Positions 57,202 through 64,000 of a stretch of 64,000 nucleotides of DNA are shown in pieces. Origin of the DNA: Staphylococcus phage vB_Sau_P68; the sequence record OL741057.1; one strand, 5' to 3'. The position numbers and the translations under genes were made by a program. Under the pieces are notes generated by a model, which saw nothing but the letters and a program-made list of their open reading frames with translations, did not search any database and had not been told where the DNA came from. How positions within the stretch are numbered: position 1 is the first letter of the stretch; the number at the start of each line of letters is the position of its first letter.

Positions 57202-57770
57202 ATAGTAGTTAACTAAAGCCTCTTATATAATGCTAAACACAGTTAGCCTTTTTTAACCTTATAATGAGAGTAAGAGCCTAACTATATGGGTACTTTGAAA
57301 TCATTATATTTTACCTATGGTATAGGTGAACCGTACCTACTTTCCAAATAGGGATAACTCAAAATCAGGTAGCAACTTGAGAGTGAAATAAGTCGGACAG
57401 CTTTATATTCAGAAGAAGTGTCAGAGGATATAAAGTAATGGCTTGAGATACCGAGCCTTGATTACTAGGTATCAGACACTTGGCGTGTAACCTAAGTTTA
57501 TGGTTAGATGGGTTGCAACATAAGGAAGCTGATTTCCTCTGTATAGCTTGGAGGAACTCCATAAGACAGCCAAACCACTGTATATTCAGTTACTATGGCA
57601 AAGCTATATGAGGTAAACTCTTATATAGCTCCCTGTTATAGTACATACACGCAGTGACGAGCGTTTCAACATCAAGGATACTCATACAATTGTCGTAAAA
57701 TAATATTAACCGTAATCTAAGTACGGGAGCCTTGATGGGACACCTATTTTAATTAATAGGTGTTTTTTTT
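57202..57770 (+). ncRNA. candidate ~570-nt structured non-coding RNA with its own promoter and intrinsic terminator
   Basis: No ORF on the plus strand. GC-elevated. Many hairpins (e.g. AGCUAUAUGAG...CUCUUAUAUAGCU; CCAUA...UAUGG; GGAAGCUGAUUUCC). Repeated GAGCCUUGAU motif. Terminator ACACCTATT-TTAATTAAT-AGGTGT followed by TTTTTTTT at 57740-57770. Confidence 0.5.
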
Positions 57771-57771
57771 A

Positions 57772-57800
57772 TTGACATTTATAAATAAGTATGGTAAGAT
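57772..57800 (+). promoter_or_regulatory. sigma-A promoter (TTGACA-17-TAAGAT)
   Basis: Upstream of the phosphatase gene. Confidence 0.6.
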
Positions 57801-57827
57801 AGTTATATACAATAAGGAGGAGATTAA

Positions 57828-58532
57828 ATGGCTATATATGTAGTACCTGATATTCATGGGGAATATGAAAAACTAATAACAATTATGGATAAAATTAATA
57901 AAGAAAGAAGACCTGAAGATACCATTGTATTCTTGGGTGACTATATTGATAGAGGTAAAAAGTCTAAAGATGTTGTAAACTACGTGTTTGACTTAGTATC
58001 TAACGATGATAATGTAGTAGCTTTATTAGGAAATCATGATGATGAATTTTATAGGGTCATGGAGAAGGTAGATTATTTAGATATCTATAGCATTGAATGG
58101 TTATCAAGATATTGTATAGAAACACTTGATTCTTATGGTGTAAGTACTTCAACTTTAAAATATGAAAGTGTAGAAGATAACATAAGAAATAATTATGATT
58201 CTATTAAAGGAGAACTAAAGAAATTTAAAGAATCAGAAGATTATAGAAAATTTAAAATACTTATGGTTAATTGCAGAAAGTATTATAAAGAAGGTAAGTA
58301 TACATTTTCTCACTCAGGAGGAGTCAGTTGGAAACCTATAGAAGAACAGACAATAGACCAATTAATATGGTCTAGGGATTTTCAACCTAGAAAAGATGGA
58401 TTTATTCACGTATGTGGTCATACACCTACGAGTAGTGGGGAAGTAGAAGAACATAATGATATGTTGTTATGTGACGTAGGTGCTGTATTTAGGGATATAG
58501 ATTTACCACTTATTAAATTGGAGGAGTATTAA
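57828..58532 (+). CDS. Ser/Thr protein phosphatase (calcineurin-like metallophosphoesterase)
   Basis: 234 aa. VVPDIHGEY...FLGDYIDRG...LLGNHD...GH are the signature metallophosphatase motifs. Confidence 0.8.
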   Translation: MAIYVVPDIHGEYEKLITIMDKINKERRPEDTIVFLGDYIDRGKKSKDVVNYVFDLVSNDDNVVALLGNHDDEFYRVMEKVDYLDIYSIEWLSRYCIETLDSYGVSTSTLKYESVEDNIRNNYDSIKGELKKFKESEDYRKFKILMVNCRKYYKEGKYTFSHSGGVSWKPIEEQTIDQLIWSRDFQPRKDGFIHVCGHTPTSSGEVEEHNDMLLCDVGAVFRDIDLPLIKLEEY

Positions 58533-58534
58533 AT

Positions 58535-58987
58535 ATGGAAACAGTAACTTTAGGGAGATTACTAGAACTATTCAGTAATAAAGAAAACATAGAAAAACTT
58601 AATAAAGATAATTTTATAGCTTTAGAGCCTGAATATCGTCATGATAAAGAGAGTAAAGGTCATACTATACACTTTAACTTTAACACACCTAAATTTGAAA
58701 ACTTTTTTACAATTATTGTCAAACTTAACTCTTTTGAAGGCTATGGTAATGATGATATTGAACTTTGTCTGTTAGCAGGTCATTTAAGAGGGTATGTAAG
58801 TAAACGTATACCAAATACTTATGATGATTTCTTTAAAACCCTTATTCAATTAAGAGATGAGTATATCGAGTATAAGGGAGAGTTCAAAGAATCAAATAAA
58901 GAAGAATGTGATAAAGCAAATCAAGCAAAGATAGAGAACCAAAAACAAGTCGATAAAATGGCTAATACTTTAGATAAATATTTATAA
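58535..58987 (+). CDS. hypothetical protein
   Basis: 150-aa ORF. Confidence 0.7.
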   Translation: METVTLGRLLELFSNKENIEKLNKDNFIALEPEYRHDKESKGHTIHFNFNTPKFENFFTIIVKLNSFEGYGNDDIELCLLAGHLRGYVSKRIPNTYDDFFKTLIQLRDEYIEYKGEFKESNKEECDKANQAKIENQKQVDKMANTLDKYL

Positions 58988-59001
58988 GGGGATAATAACA
59001 A

Positions 59002-59496
59002 ATGAGAGAAACAAGCAGATATATTATGTTTTGGGGTCAGGAAGATATTTACTCTAACTTTTACCCTATAAAGTTTAAACATAAAGGTCGAACATTTAAT
59101 AATTCAGAACAAGCTTTTATGTGGCGTAAGGCTCAATATTTTAAAGACTGGCAGATAGCAGGAGAAATATTAAATGCTAAGAATCCGAAACATGCTAAAA
59201 GTTTAGGACGTAAAGTTCGTAATTTTAATGAAGAGCAATGGAATAAGGTAAGATATGACATTATGGTAGAAGTGGTTAAAGATAAGTTTATGACTACACA
59301 CTTAAAGAAAAAAATACTCGATACAGATTTACGTAAAGACTTCGTAGAGGCATCACCTTATGATAAAATATGGGGAGTGGGACTTAAAGCAAATGACCCT
59401 AAGATATTAGAACAAAGCAACTGGAAAGGTCAGAATTTATTAGGAAAAGTAATGGAAGATGTTCGAGTACATTGTGTCTATAATAAATATAAATAA
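59002..59496 (+). CDS. NADAR/YbiA-like (DUF1768) domain protein
   Basis: 164 aa. FWGQ...SNFYP...FNNSEQAFMWRKA...LGRKVRNF...W...EASPYDKIWGVG matches the YbiA/NADAR signature. Confidence 0.75.
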   Translation: MRETSRYIMFWGQEDIYSNFYPIKFKHKGRTFNNSEQAFMWRKAQYFKDWQIAGEILNAKNPKHAKSLGRKVRNFNEEQWNKVRYDIMVEVVKDKFMTTHLKKKILDTDLRKDFVEASPYDKIWGVGLKANDPKILEQSNWKGQNLLGKVMEDVRVHCVYNKYK

Positions 59497-59511
59497 AAAA
59501 GGAGTACTAGG

Positions 59512-59955
59512 ATGAATATAAAATATATAGATTTAGTATTAGAAAATTGTGATGTAGTAAGATTAGAGCCTAAAGATGTATCTAGGTTCCATATAGACGG
59601 TATTACAGAAGGTATAGATTATTATGGCACATATAAAGGAGCTTCACATGTAAGTAGAACACGTCATTGTACTTACCTTGGTATACTTATTGATAAGCCT
59701 AAAGAAATACCTCAAGTCGGTTTTGCTTACCCTGATAATACAAATGCCTATGAAATGATTACAGCACACTCAGATATTACAGCTATAGATATTATTTATG
59801 AAGATGGAACAAATGAATACATTTATGTAGACTTCAATGAATATAACGATAACTACAATATTAACCAAAAGAATGAATATTACAATAATATGTTAGAAGT
59901 AACTATTACGGAAAGTAACTCTATAGAAGAAGAGGAAGATAGGAGAGGAAAATAA
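59512..59955 (+). CDS. hypothetical protein
   Basis: 147-aa ORF. Confidence 0.7.
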   Translation: MNIKYIDLVLENCDVVRLEPKDVSRFHIDGITEGIDYYGTYKGASHVSRTRHCTYLGILIDKPKEIPQVGFAYPDNTNAYEMITAHSDITAIDIIYEDGTNEYIYVDFNEYNDNYNINQKNEYYNNMLEVTITESNSIEEEEDRRGK

Positions 59956-60434
59956 TGGCTTATGAATATAAAAATAAAATTCAAGATATTATAACTGACA
60001 ACGAGAACTACTGGTGTATTGATAATGAGAAAGAATTAGAAGAGTTGAACGAAGTTTATCAAAAAGCAAAGCTACTAGATGATATTGTAACAACTACTAA
60101 AAAACGTTTATCGGAACAAGAACGCAAAGCAGAAGCCTTCGATGAGATTGTAAATGAACTCTACTCCCAATTACAGAATCTAGAGAGTTGGGACACGCTA
60201 GACCAAAAGGATTGTCAGACTCTAAAACAAATACTAGAAGAAAATACTAAGGAGGAAAAACAAATGGGGAGATTTAAGGTAAAACGTATTATTACTACAG
60301 AAGAAATAAGATATATAGATGCAGAAACAGAAGAAGATGCATGGTATAGTGTAGAATATGAAGACGAGGGTACAGACACAGCCCATTTTAGTGCAGAATA
60401 CGGTGAATGGTCTTATGAAAAGGAGGAAGAATAA
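59955..60434 (+). CDS. hypothetical acidic coiled-coil protein
   Basis: 159-aa ORF. Confidence 0.7.
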   Translation: MAYEYKNKIQDIITDNENYWCIDNEKELEELNEVYQKAKLLDDIVTTTKKRLSEQERKAEAFDEIVNELYSQLQNLESWDTLDQKDCQTLKQILEENTKEEKQMGRFKVKRIITTEEIRYIDAETEEDAWYSVEYEDEGTDTAHFSAEYGEWSYEKEEE

Positions 60435-60592
60435 TGGTGGGGTATGATATTAATGAAAAAAGTTATGACGCATATGAGTATATAAAAGAAAAGTATAAGA
60501 ATGAAAACTTAAGCCTTGGAGAGATATTTTATTATGAAGTTTTAGATGATTTACAGGGAAAAGATAGCATACTAAATAAGGAGGAAAAGTAA
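60434..60592 (+). CDS. small hypothetical protein (52 aa)
   Basis: Not in the track; ATG overlaps the upstream stop (TAATG) and its stop overlaps the next start; RBS AGGAGG. Confidence 0.5.
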   Translation: MVGYDINEKSYDAYEYIKEKYKNENLSLGEIFYYEVLDDLQGKDSILNKEEK

Positions 60593-60837
60593 TGGAATTT
60601 TTTATAGATAGAACAAGCACAATTAATAAGAAGCCTATAGAAGGTGCCTATATAAAGGAATTAGAACTTGTAGACCGCAAAGGTAATCCATTTACGCTAG
60701 AACGTTGGTGTGTAGAAATTAATAGCCTAGAAGAGCTCATAGAGATAAGTAATCAAGAGGGTGAAGTTATTATTAATACTAGAGGTGACTCACCATTTTC
60801 ACCTTACTTAGAAATATATGATGATTATAGAGAATAA
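60592..60837 (+). CDS. hypothetical protein
   Basis: 81-aa ORF. Confidence 0.6.
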   Translation: MEFFIDRTSTINKKPIEGAYIKELELVDRKGNPFTLERWCVEINSLEELIEISNQEGEVIINTRGDSPFSPYLEIYDDYRE

Positions 60838-60852
60838 AGGAGAATAACTAAT

Positions 60853-61047
60853 ATGAAAAATAATAAATATGAAGTAATATTTGAAGTCGTTTATAGTCCA
60901 TTGTTTTTCTTTCACCCCAAATATGAAGTTACAGCAAAAGATGAAAATGAGGCAAAAGAAAAAGCACAAGAAGCATTTAATAGTCACCCAAACAATATTA
61001 ATTTAGAACGTGAAATTGTAGAAGTAAATTTATTGGAGGATAAATAA
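60853..61047 (+). CDS. hypothetical protein
   Basis: 64 aa; RBS AAGGAG. Confidence 0.55.
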   Translation: MKNNKYEVIFEVVYSPLFFFHPKYEVTAKDENEAKEKAQEAFNSHPNNINLEREIVEVNLLEDK

Positions 61048-61311
61048 ATGAAACTATATCAAGTAGAACATGATAATTGTGAACCTTATGAAGATAACCA
61101 TTCTTACAGAGAAAACAAGGTATATACAAATAAAGAGAATCTAATTAAACGTATTAAAGCAGAAGGCTATGAAGAAAAAAGAAGCGGATACCTTCAAGAT
61201 GGAGATACTTACTATTATAAAGATAATATAGAAGATGTACCATTATTTAGAGAAGACATGATTACTATTCATGAATTAGAAGTTATTAATAATACCTTAG
61301 AGGAAGAATAA
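61048..61311 (+). CDS. hypothetical protein
   Basis: 87-aa ORF. Confidence 0.6.
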   Translation: MKLYQVEHDNCEPYEDNHSYRENKVYTNKENLIKRIKAEGYEEKRSGYLQDGDTYYYKDNIEDVPLFREDMITIHELEVINNTLEEE

Positions 61312-61340
61312 TATTCTTTCTCTTTTTTTATATAAAACTA

Positions 61341-61369
61341 TTGACATTCTAATTCCTATCCTTTATACT
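61341..61369 (+). promoter_or_regulatory. sigma-A promoter (TTGACA-17-TATACT)
   Basis: Consensus hexamers. Confidence 0.7.
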
Positions 61370-61399
61370 AAGTATATAACCAATAAGGAGGAATTAATT

Positions 61400-61690
61400 A
61401 TGAATGAATTACAAGGCGTACAAACATTATTTAATAAACTAGAGAAGAGATTAGAGGACACAGCTTATATAGGGAACAAACAGTTAGGGTATAAAGATAT
61501 ACTAAAGATTCAACTAGGCTTAGACGACACAGCTTTTGAGGTTCTATACTTTGACGAGCTAGAGGAGTACTTAGAAAACCCTCAAGACTACCACCTTTAT
61601 TATGATGATTCAAGAGTAAACTGGATTGAGGTTTGGGAACACTTGAATGTAGTTGAACAGGAACTAGATAATAGAAGATTACTTGTATAG
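61400..61690 (+). CDS. hypothetical protein
   Basis: 96 aa; RBS AAGGAGG. Confidence 0.65.
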   Translation: MNELQGVQTLFNKLEKRLEDTAYIGNKQLGYKDILKIQLGLDDTAFEVLYFDELEEYLENPQDYHLYYDDSRVNWIEVWEHLNVVEQELDNRRLLV

Positions 61691-61691
61691 G

Positions 61692-61726
61692 TAAGAGAGG
61701 GGGAATATACCTCCTCTTTTTTATTT
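61692..61726 (+). terminator. rho-independent terminator ending the plus-strand module
   Basis: GAGAGGGGG-AATATAC-CTCCTCT followed by TTTTTT. Confidence 0.7.
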
Positions 61727-61856
61727 TAGATATGTTGACTTTATATTTAAGGGCTTCTTATTTATACTATAAATTGTTGACTTACAGGTTAGGGCTATAA
61801 TGTTGACTTACTATAAGGTGTGTTGACTTTTAAATATTTATTTTCATAATTTTCCC

Positions 61857-61998
61857 CAAAAAATAAGTACCTGGGTAGACCGTAGGGGTATATAGACCCA
61901 CCCCCATTGAGTGGCATTTTACCCCTGCCCCCGTATAATATAAAAAAATTATATAATAAGACAAAAATAAAGAAGGGCGTTTGCCCTCCTCTTAAATT
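61857..61998 (+). ncRNA. candidate small RNA from a GC-rich island between convergent terminators
   Basis: Four TTGACT boxes at 61735-61828, with the last spaced 17 nt from ATAATT. Strongly GC-rich 61872-61932 in a 30% GC genome. Bidirectional terminator AGGGCG-TTT-GCCCT at 61973-61998. Confidence 0.3.
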
Positions 61999-62002
61999 CC
62001 TT

Positions 62003-62263
62003 TTAAAGTTCATCTTCGAATTCATCTACATATTCAAATTCTGCTTCAAATTCTTTCCAAAATTGTTCTTCACTCTTTGGCTCAATTCTAATTTCTTCGT
62101 AAGCTTTCATGTTCTCTACAATAGCTTTTAAGTAGATAACCTTTTGATTTTGTTCTTCAAGCTCTGCTTGAGATACGCCACAATCATGTAATACGAATAA
62201 GTTATTTACCGCCATTTCTAATTCTTTTTCAAATTGTTTGATTTGTTCTTTCATGTTCATCAT
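62003..62263 (-). CDS. hypothetical acidic protein (early-array gene)
   Basis: 86-aa ORF. Confidence 0.6.
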   Translation of the reverse strand: MMNMKEQIKQFEKELEMAVNNLFVLHDCGVSQAELEEQNQKVIYLKAIVENMKAYEEIRIEPKSEEQFWKEFEAEFEYVDEFEDEL

Positions 62264-62339
62264 TTCCTTTTCTTTTAATTTGTTAAGTTCATTATAACAT
62301 ATAAATTAAAAGATTGTAAAGCGTTTTGATTAAACTTTT

Positions 62340-62609
62340 TTAAACAAATGTTTTGATTAGTTCTTTAATCTCACCAGTAGATAGAGAAGAGAGGTCATAA
62401 GCCTCTCTAAGCTCTTCTAAGCTACCATATGAGTCATTGGTATATGCAGGAGTATTATTGTTCATCTGTATTGTCCCGCTTCCCTGCGTGCGTCTGTGTA
62501 GCTCCTCTGTGATGTAGTCATCTATGACATGATTTGTTATGTGCTCCTGCTCCTGTAGGAGTTTGTTCTTTGCACTCCTAACGACCTTATGAGCCTCTCT
62601 AATGTTCAT
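62340..62609 (-). CDS. hypothetical protein
   Basis: 89-aa ORF. Confidence 0.6.
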   Translation of the reverse strand: MNIREAHKVVRSAKNKLLQEQEHITNHVIDDYITEELHRRTQGSGTIQMNNNTPAYTNDSYGSLEELREAYDLSSLSTGEIKELIKTFV

Positions 62610-62791
62610 TATTCATCATCACCAGTCATAGCATCAACTAATGTCATTAGCTCCTGCTTAGCTTTTATCTGTTGTTCTAGTTGTTTGTTTAACTCCTGCA
62701 TTGTCTTCTGCGTGTCTGCTATTTGCTTGTCTAATAATCTAACTGCTTCGTTTAACGCTTTGTTTACCCGTCTTGTGTTCATCTTCAACAT
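62609..62791 (-). CDS. small coiled-coil protein
   Basis: 60-aa ORF. Confidence 0.5.
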   Translation of the reverse strand: MLKMNTRRVNKALNEAVRLLDKQIADTQKTMQELNKQLEQQIKAKQELMTLVDAMTGDDE

Positions 62792-62860
62792 CTCCTGATT
62801 AATTGTATTAGAGAAGCGGTTAAGCTTCTCTGTGTGTCTCTGTGTGCTTCCTGCAGGGTC

Positions 62861-63343
62861 TTATGCTTCCTGCATTTGTTGTGCCACAATCTCAACTGCT
62901 AAGTTAACAAACTGCACTTTGTCAGTGTCTTGAATTTCAAGCTCTATAAACTCCATAGCTTCGTAGATTGCTTCCGCCTGCTCGTCTTCGTCCATATCTT
63001 CGAAGCCCTCAACGTCTGCATTTGCAATACGTTCCGCTTCAATGTACTCAAGTTCAATATAAGTATCTTCGTGTTGAAATTCTACGTTTGCATAGTCCTC
63101 TAGGTCATTCATTAGCTCGTAGTTTAATAAGTCATAATACTGACCACCTGTGACACCTTCTAAGTAATCCGTGATTACCTCTTCAATGTCCTGCTCGTAT
63201 CGGTCAAAGAAATTTACTACGTCTGACGTGTAGATTAATCTGCCGATTGCTCCGCTTTGTACTCCGTAAGTTGCTACGTCTTTCACTGTGCTTGCTTCTT
63301 CTGTTTGTAAAAATCCTTTTATTGTGTTTGTCATTATCATCAT
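62861..63343 (-). CDS. hypothetical acidic protein
   Basis: 160 aa; preceded by promoter-hairpin unit 1. Confidence 0.65.
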   Translation of the reverse strand: MMIMTNTIKGFLQTEEASTVKDVATYGVQSGAIGRLIYTSDVVNFFDRYEQDIEEVITDYLEGVTGGQYYDLLNYELMNDLEDYANVEFQHEDTYIELEYIEAERIANADVEGFEDMDEDEQAEAIYEAMEFIELEIQDTDKVQFVNLAVEIVAQQMQEA

Positions 63344-63377
63344 ATCCTTTTCTGATTTGTATTTTTTAACTACCTTA

Positions 63378-63406
63378 ATATTACCATCTATGTGCTAAGG
63401 TGTCAA
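63378..63406 (-). promoter_or_regulatory. early promoter unit 1: TTGACA embedded in palindrome, 17-nt spacer, TAATAT
   Basis: Minus strand GGTGTTGACACCTT palindrome contains the -35; the same conserved architecture is repeated at 63684 and 63928. Confidence 0.6.
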
Positions 63407-63414
63407 CACCTTTT

Positions 63415-63660
63415 TTAAACTAATTTCCAATTGATATCTGAAATGTATTCCTGCAGGTCTTCCATAGTCTCTGCAAATTTGATTGATTGCAGAATATGAG
63501 AAATCTTTACAACCGCTTCCTGGTCGTATATTTCAGTGTCTAGAACGTTATTATCTAAATGGTCGAGATACTCCCAAATTAGAGCATGTTTGACACTCTC
63601 AAGTGTTGCTAGGCAAATTACGATTTCGTTGTCTCTGTTTAATAATTTCATTTTCATCAT
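63415..63660 (-). CDS. small early protein (start taken at ATGATG after RBS AAAGGAA)
   Basis: The track ORF 63415..63693 begins with an alternative start inside the conserved leader; the likely start is MMKMKLL... Confidence 0.55.
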   Translation of the reverse strand: MMKMKLLNRDNEIVICLATLESVKHALIWEYLDHLDNNVLDTEIYDQEAVVKISHILQSIKFAETMEDLQEYISDINWKLV

Positions 63661-63683
63661 TTCCTTTTCTTTAGTATATATTA

Positions 63684-63712
63684 ATAATAACATCTAAGGG
63701 GTTAAGTGTCAA
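63684..63712 (-). promoter_or_regulatory. early promoter unit 2 (TTGACA in GGGGTTGACACTTAACCCC palindrome, 17 nt, TATTAT)
   Basis: Same architecture and conserved leader (ATTATTAATATATACTAAAGAAAAGGAAATGATG) as units 1 and 3. Confidence 0.6.
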
Positions 63713-63730
63713 CCCCTTATTTAGATTTTT

Positions 63731-63904
63731 TTAAACAGTTTCTGAATTCTTTTTTAATTCGATTTGTAGGTCTAATTCTCTAATCTGTGCACATGTTCTT
63801 TCAAAGGCTTCATAATATCCGTTTGCTAATTCCTCATCTGATTTTCTTTCTAGTCTTTCAAGTTGGCTTTCTAATTGTTTGATTGTTTTTGTCATTGTCA
63901 TCAT
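63731..63904 (-). CDS. small early protein
   Basis: Likely start MMTMTKTIKQ... after the conserved leader; the track ORF is 63731..63937. Confidence 0.5.
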   Translation of the reverse strand: MMTMTKTIKQLESQLERLERKSDEELANGYYEAFERTCAQIRELDLQIELKKNSETV

Positions 63905-63927
63905 TTCCTTTTCTTTAGTATATATTA

Positions 63928-63956
63928 ATAATATCATGAAGCGGTTATAATGTCAA
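63928..63956 (-). promoter_or_regulatory. early promoter unit 3 (GCGGTTGACATTATAACCGC, 17 nt, TATTAT)
   Basis: Third copy of the palindrome-embedded -35 with a near-identical 5' leader. Confidence 0.6.
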
Positions 63957-64000
63957 CCGCTTCTGTGAAGTTTTTTTTATTTCTTTTTGCTTGTTTTCTT

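Noticed and set aside
57365-57562. 65-aa minus-strand ORF inside the candidate ncRNA
   Set aside because: No RBS, antisense to a promoter-terminator-defined transcript, no coding bias; likely spurious.
61795-62131. 76-aa and 74-aa ORFs in the convergent intergenic region
   Set aside because: They span terminators and the GC-rich island, have odd composition and no RBS.
1-64000. CRISPR arrays or integrase/attachment signatures
   Set aside because: No regularly spaced direct repeats, and no integrase-like ORF is evident among the unassigned hypothetical ORFs. The genome type (virulent myophage) does not predict them.

Overview
The window looks like a Staphylococcus Twort-like myophage (Herelleviridae; Kayvirus/Twort-like). 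I base this on ~30% GC, a LysK-like CHAP-amidase-SH3b endolysin, a 167-aa holin, and ORF sizes for major capsid (463 aa), portal (563 aa), tail sheath (587 aa) and tape measure (1354 aa) that match what I recall for Kayviruses. Layout: (i) 1-32,500, minus strand: the morphogenesis module (terminase, portal, protease, capsid, sheath, tube, tape measure, tail lysins). (ii) 32,630-61,700, plus strand: early/middle genes driven by many consensus sigma-A promoters (TTGACA-17-TATAAT), including tRNA-Asp, the holin-endolysin cassette, nucleotide-metabolism genes, homing endonucleases and long non-coding stretches. (iii) 62,000-64,000, minus strand: an array of small early genes, each behind a repeated promoter-hairpin unit. 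Most notable: the tail tube gene is split into three exons by two ORF-less group I introns, and their P/Q/R/S core elements are directly visible. A free-standing Vsr/EDxHD-like homing endonuclease with its own promoter sits immediately downstream of that gene. Also: the endolysin gene is split by an HNH-containing group I intron; a second HNH gene carries an in-frame TGA at its conserved Trp; there are a phage SPFH/band-7 protein, a NADAR/YbiA-like protein, an IsaA-like secreted transglycosylase, and at least three candidate structured ncRNAs (about 150, 570 and 880 nt), one of them next to the tRNA. Functional calls rest on motifs I could read in the translations and on gene order. No database search was possible.
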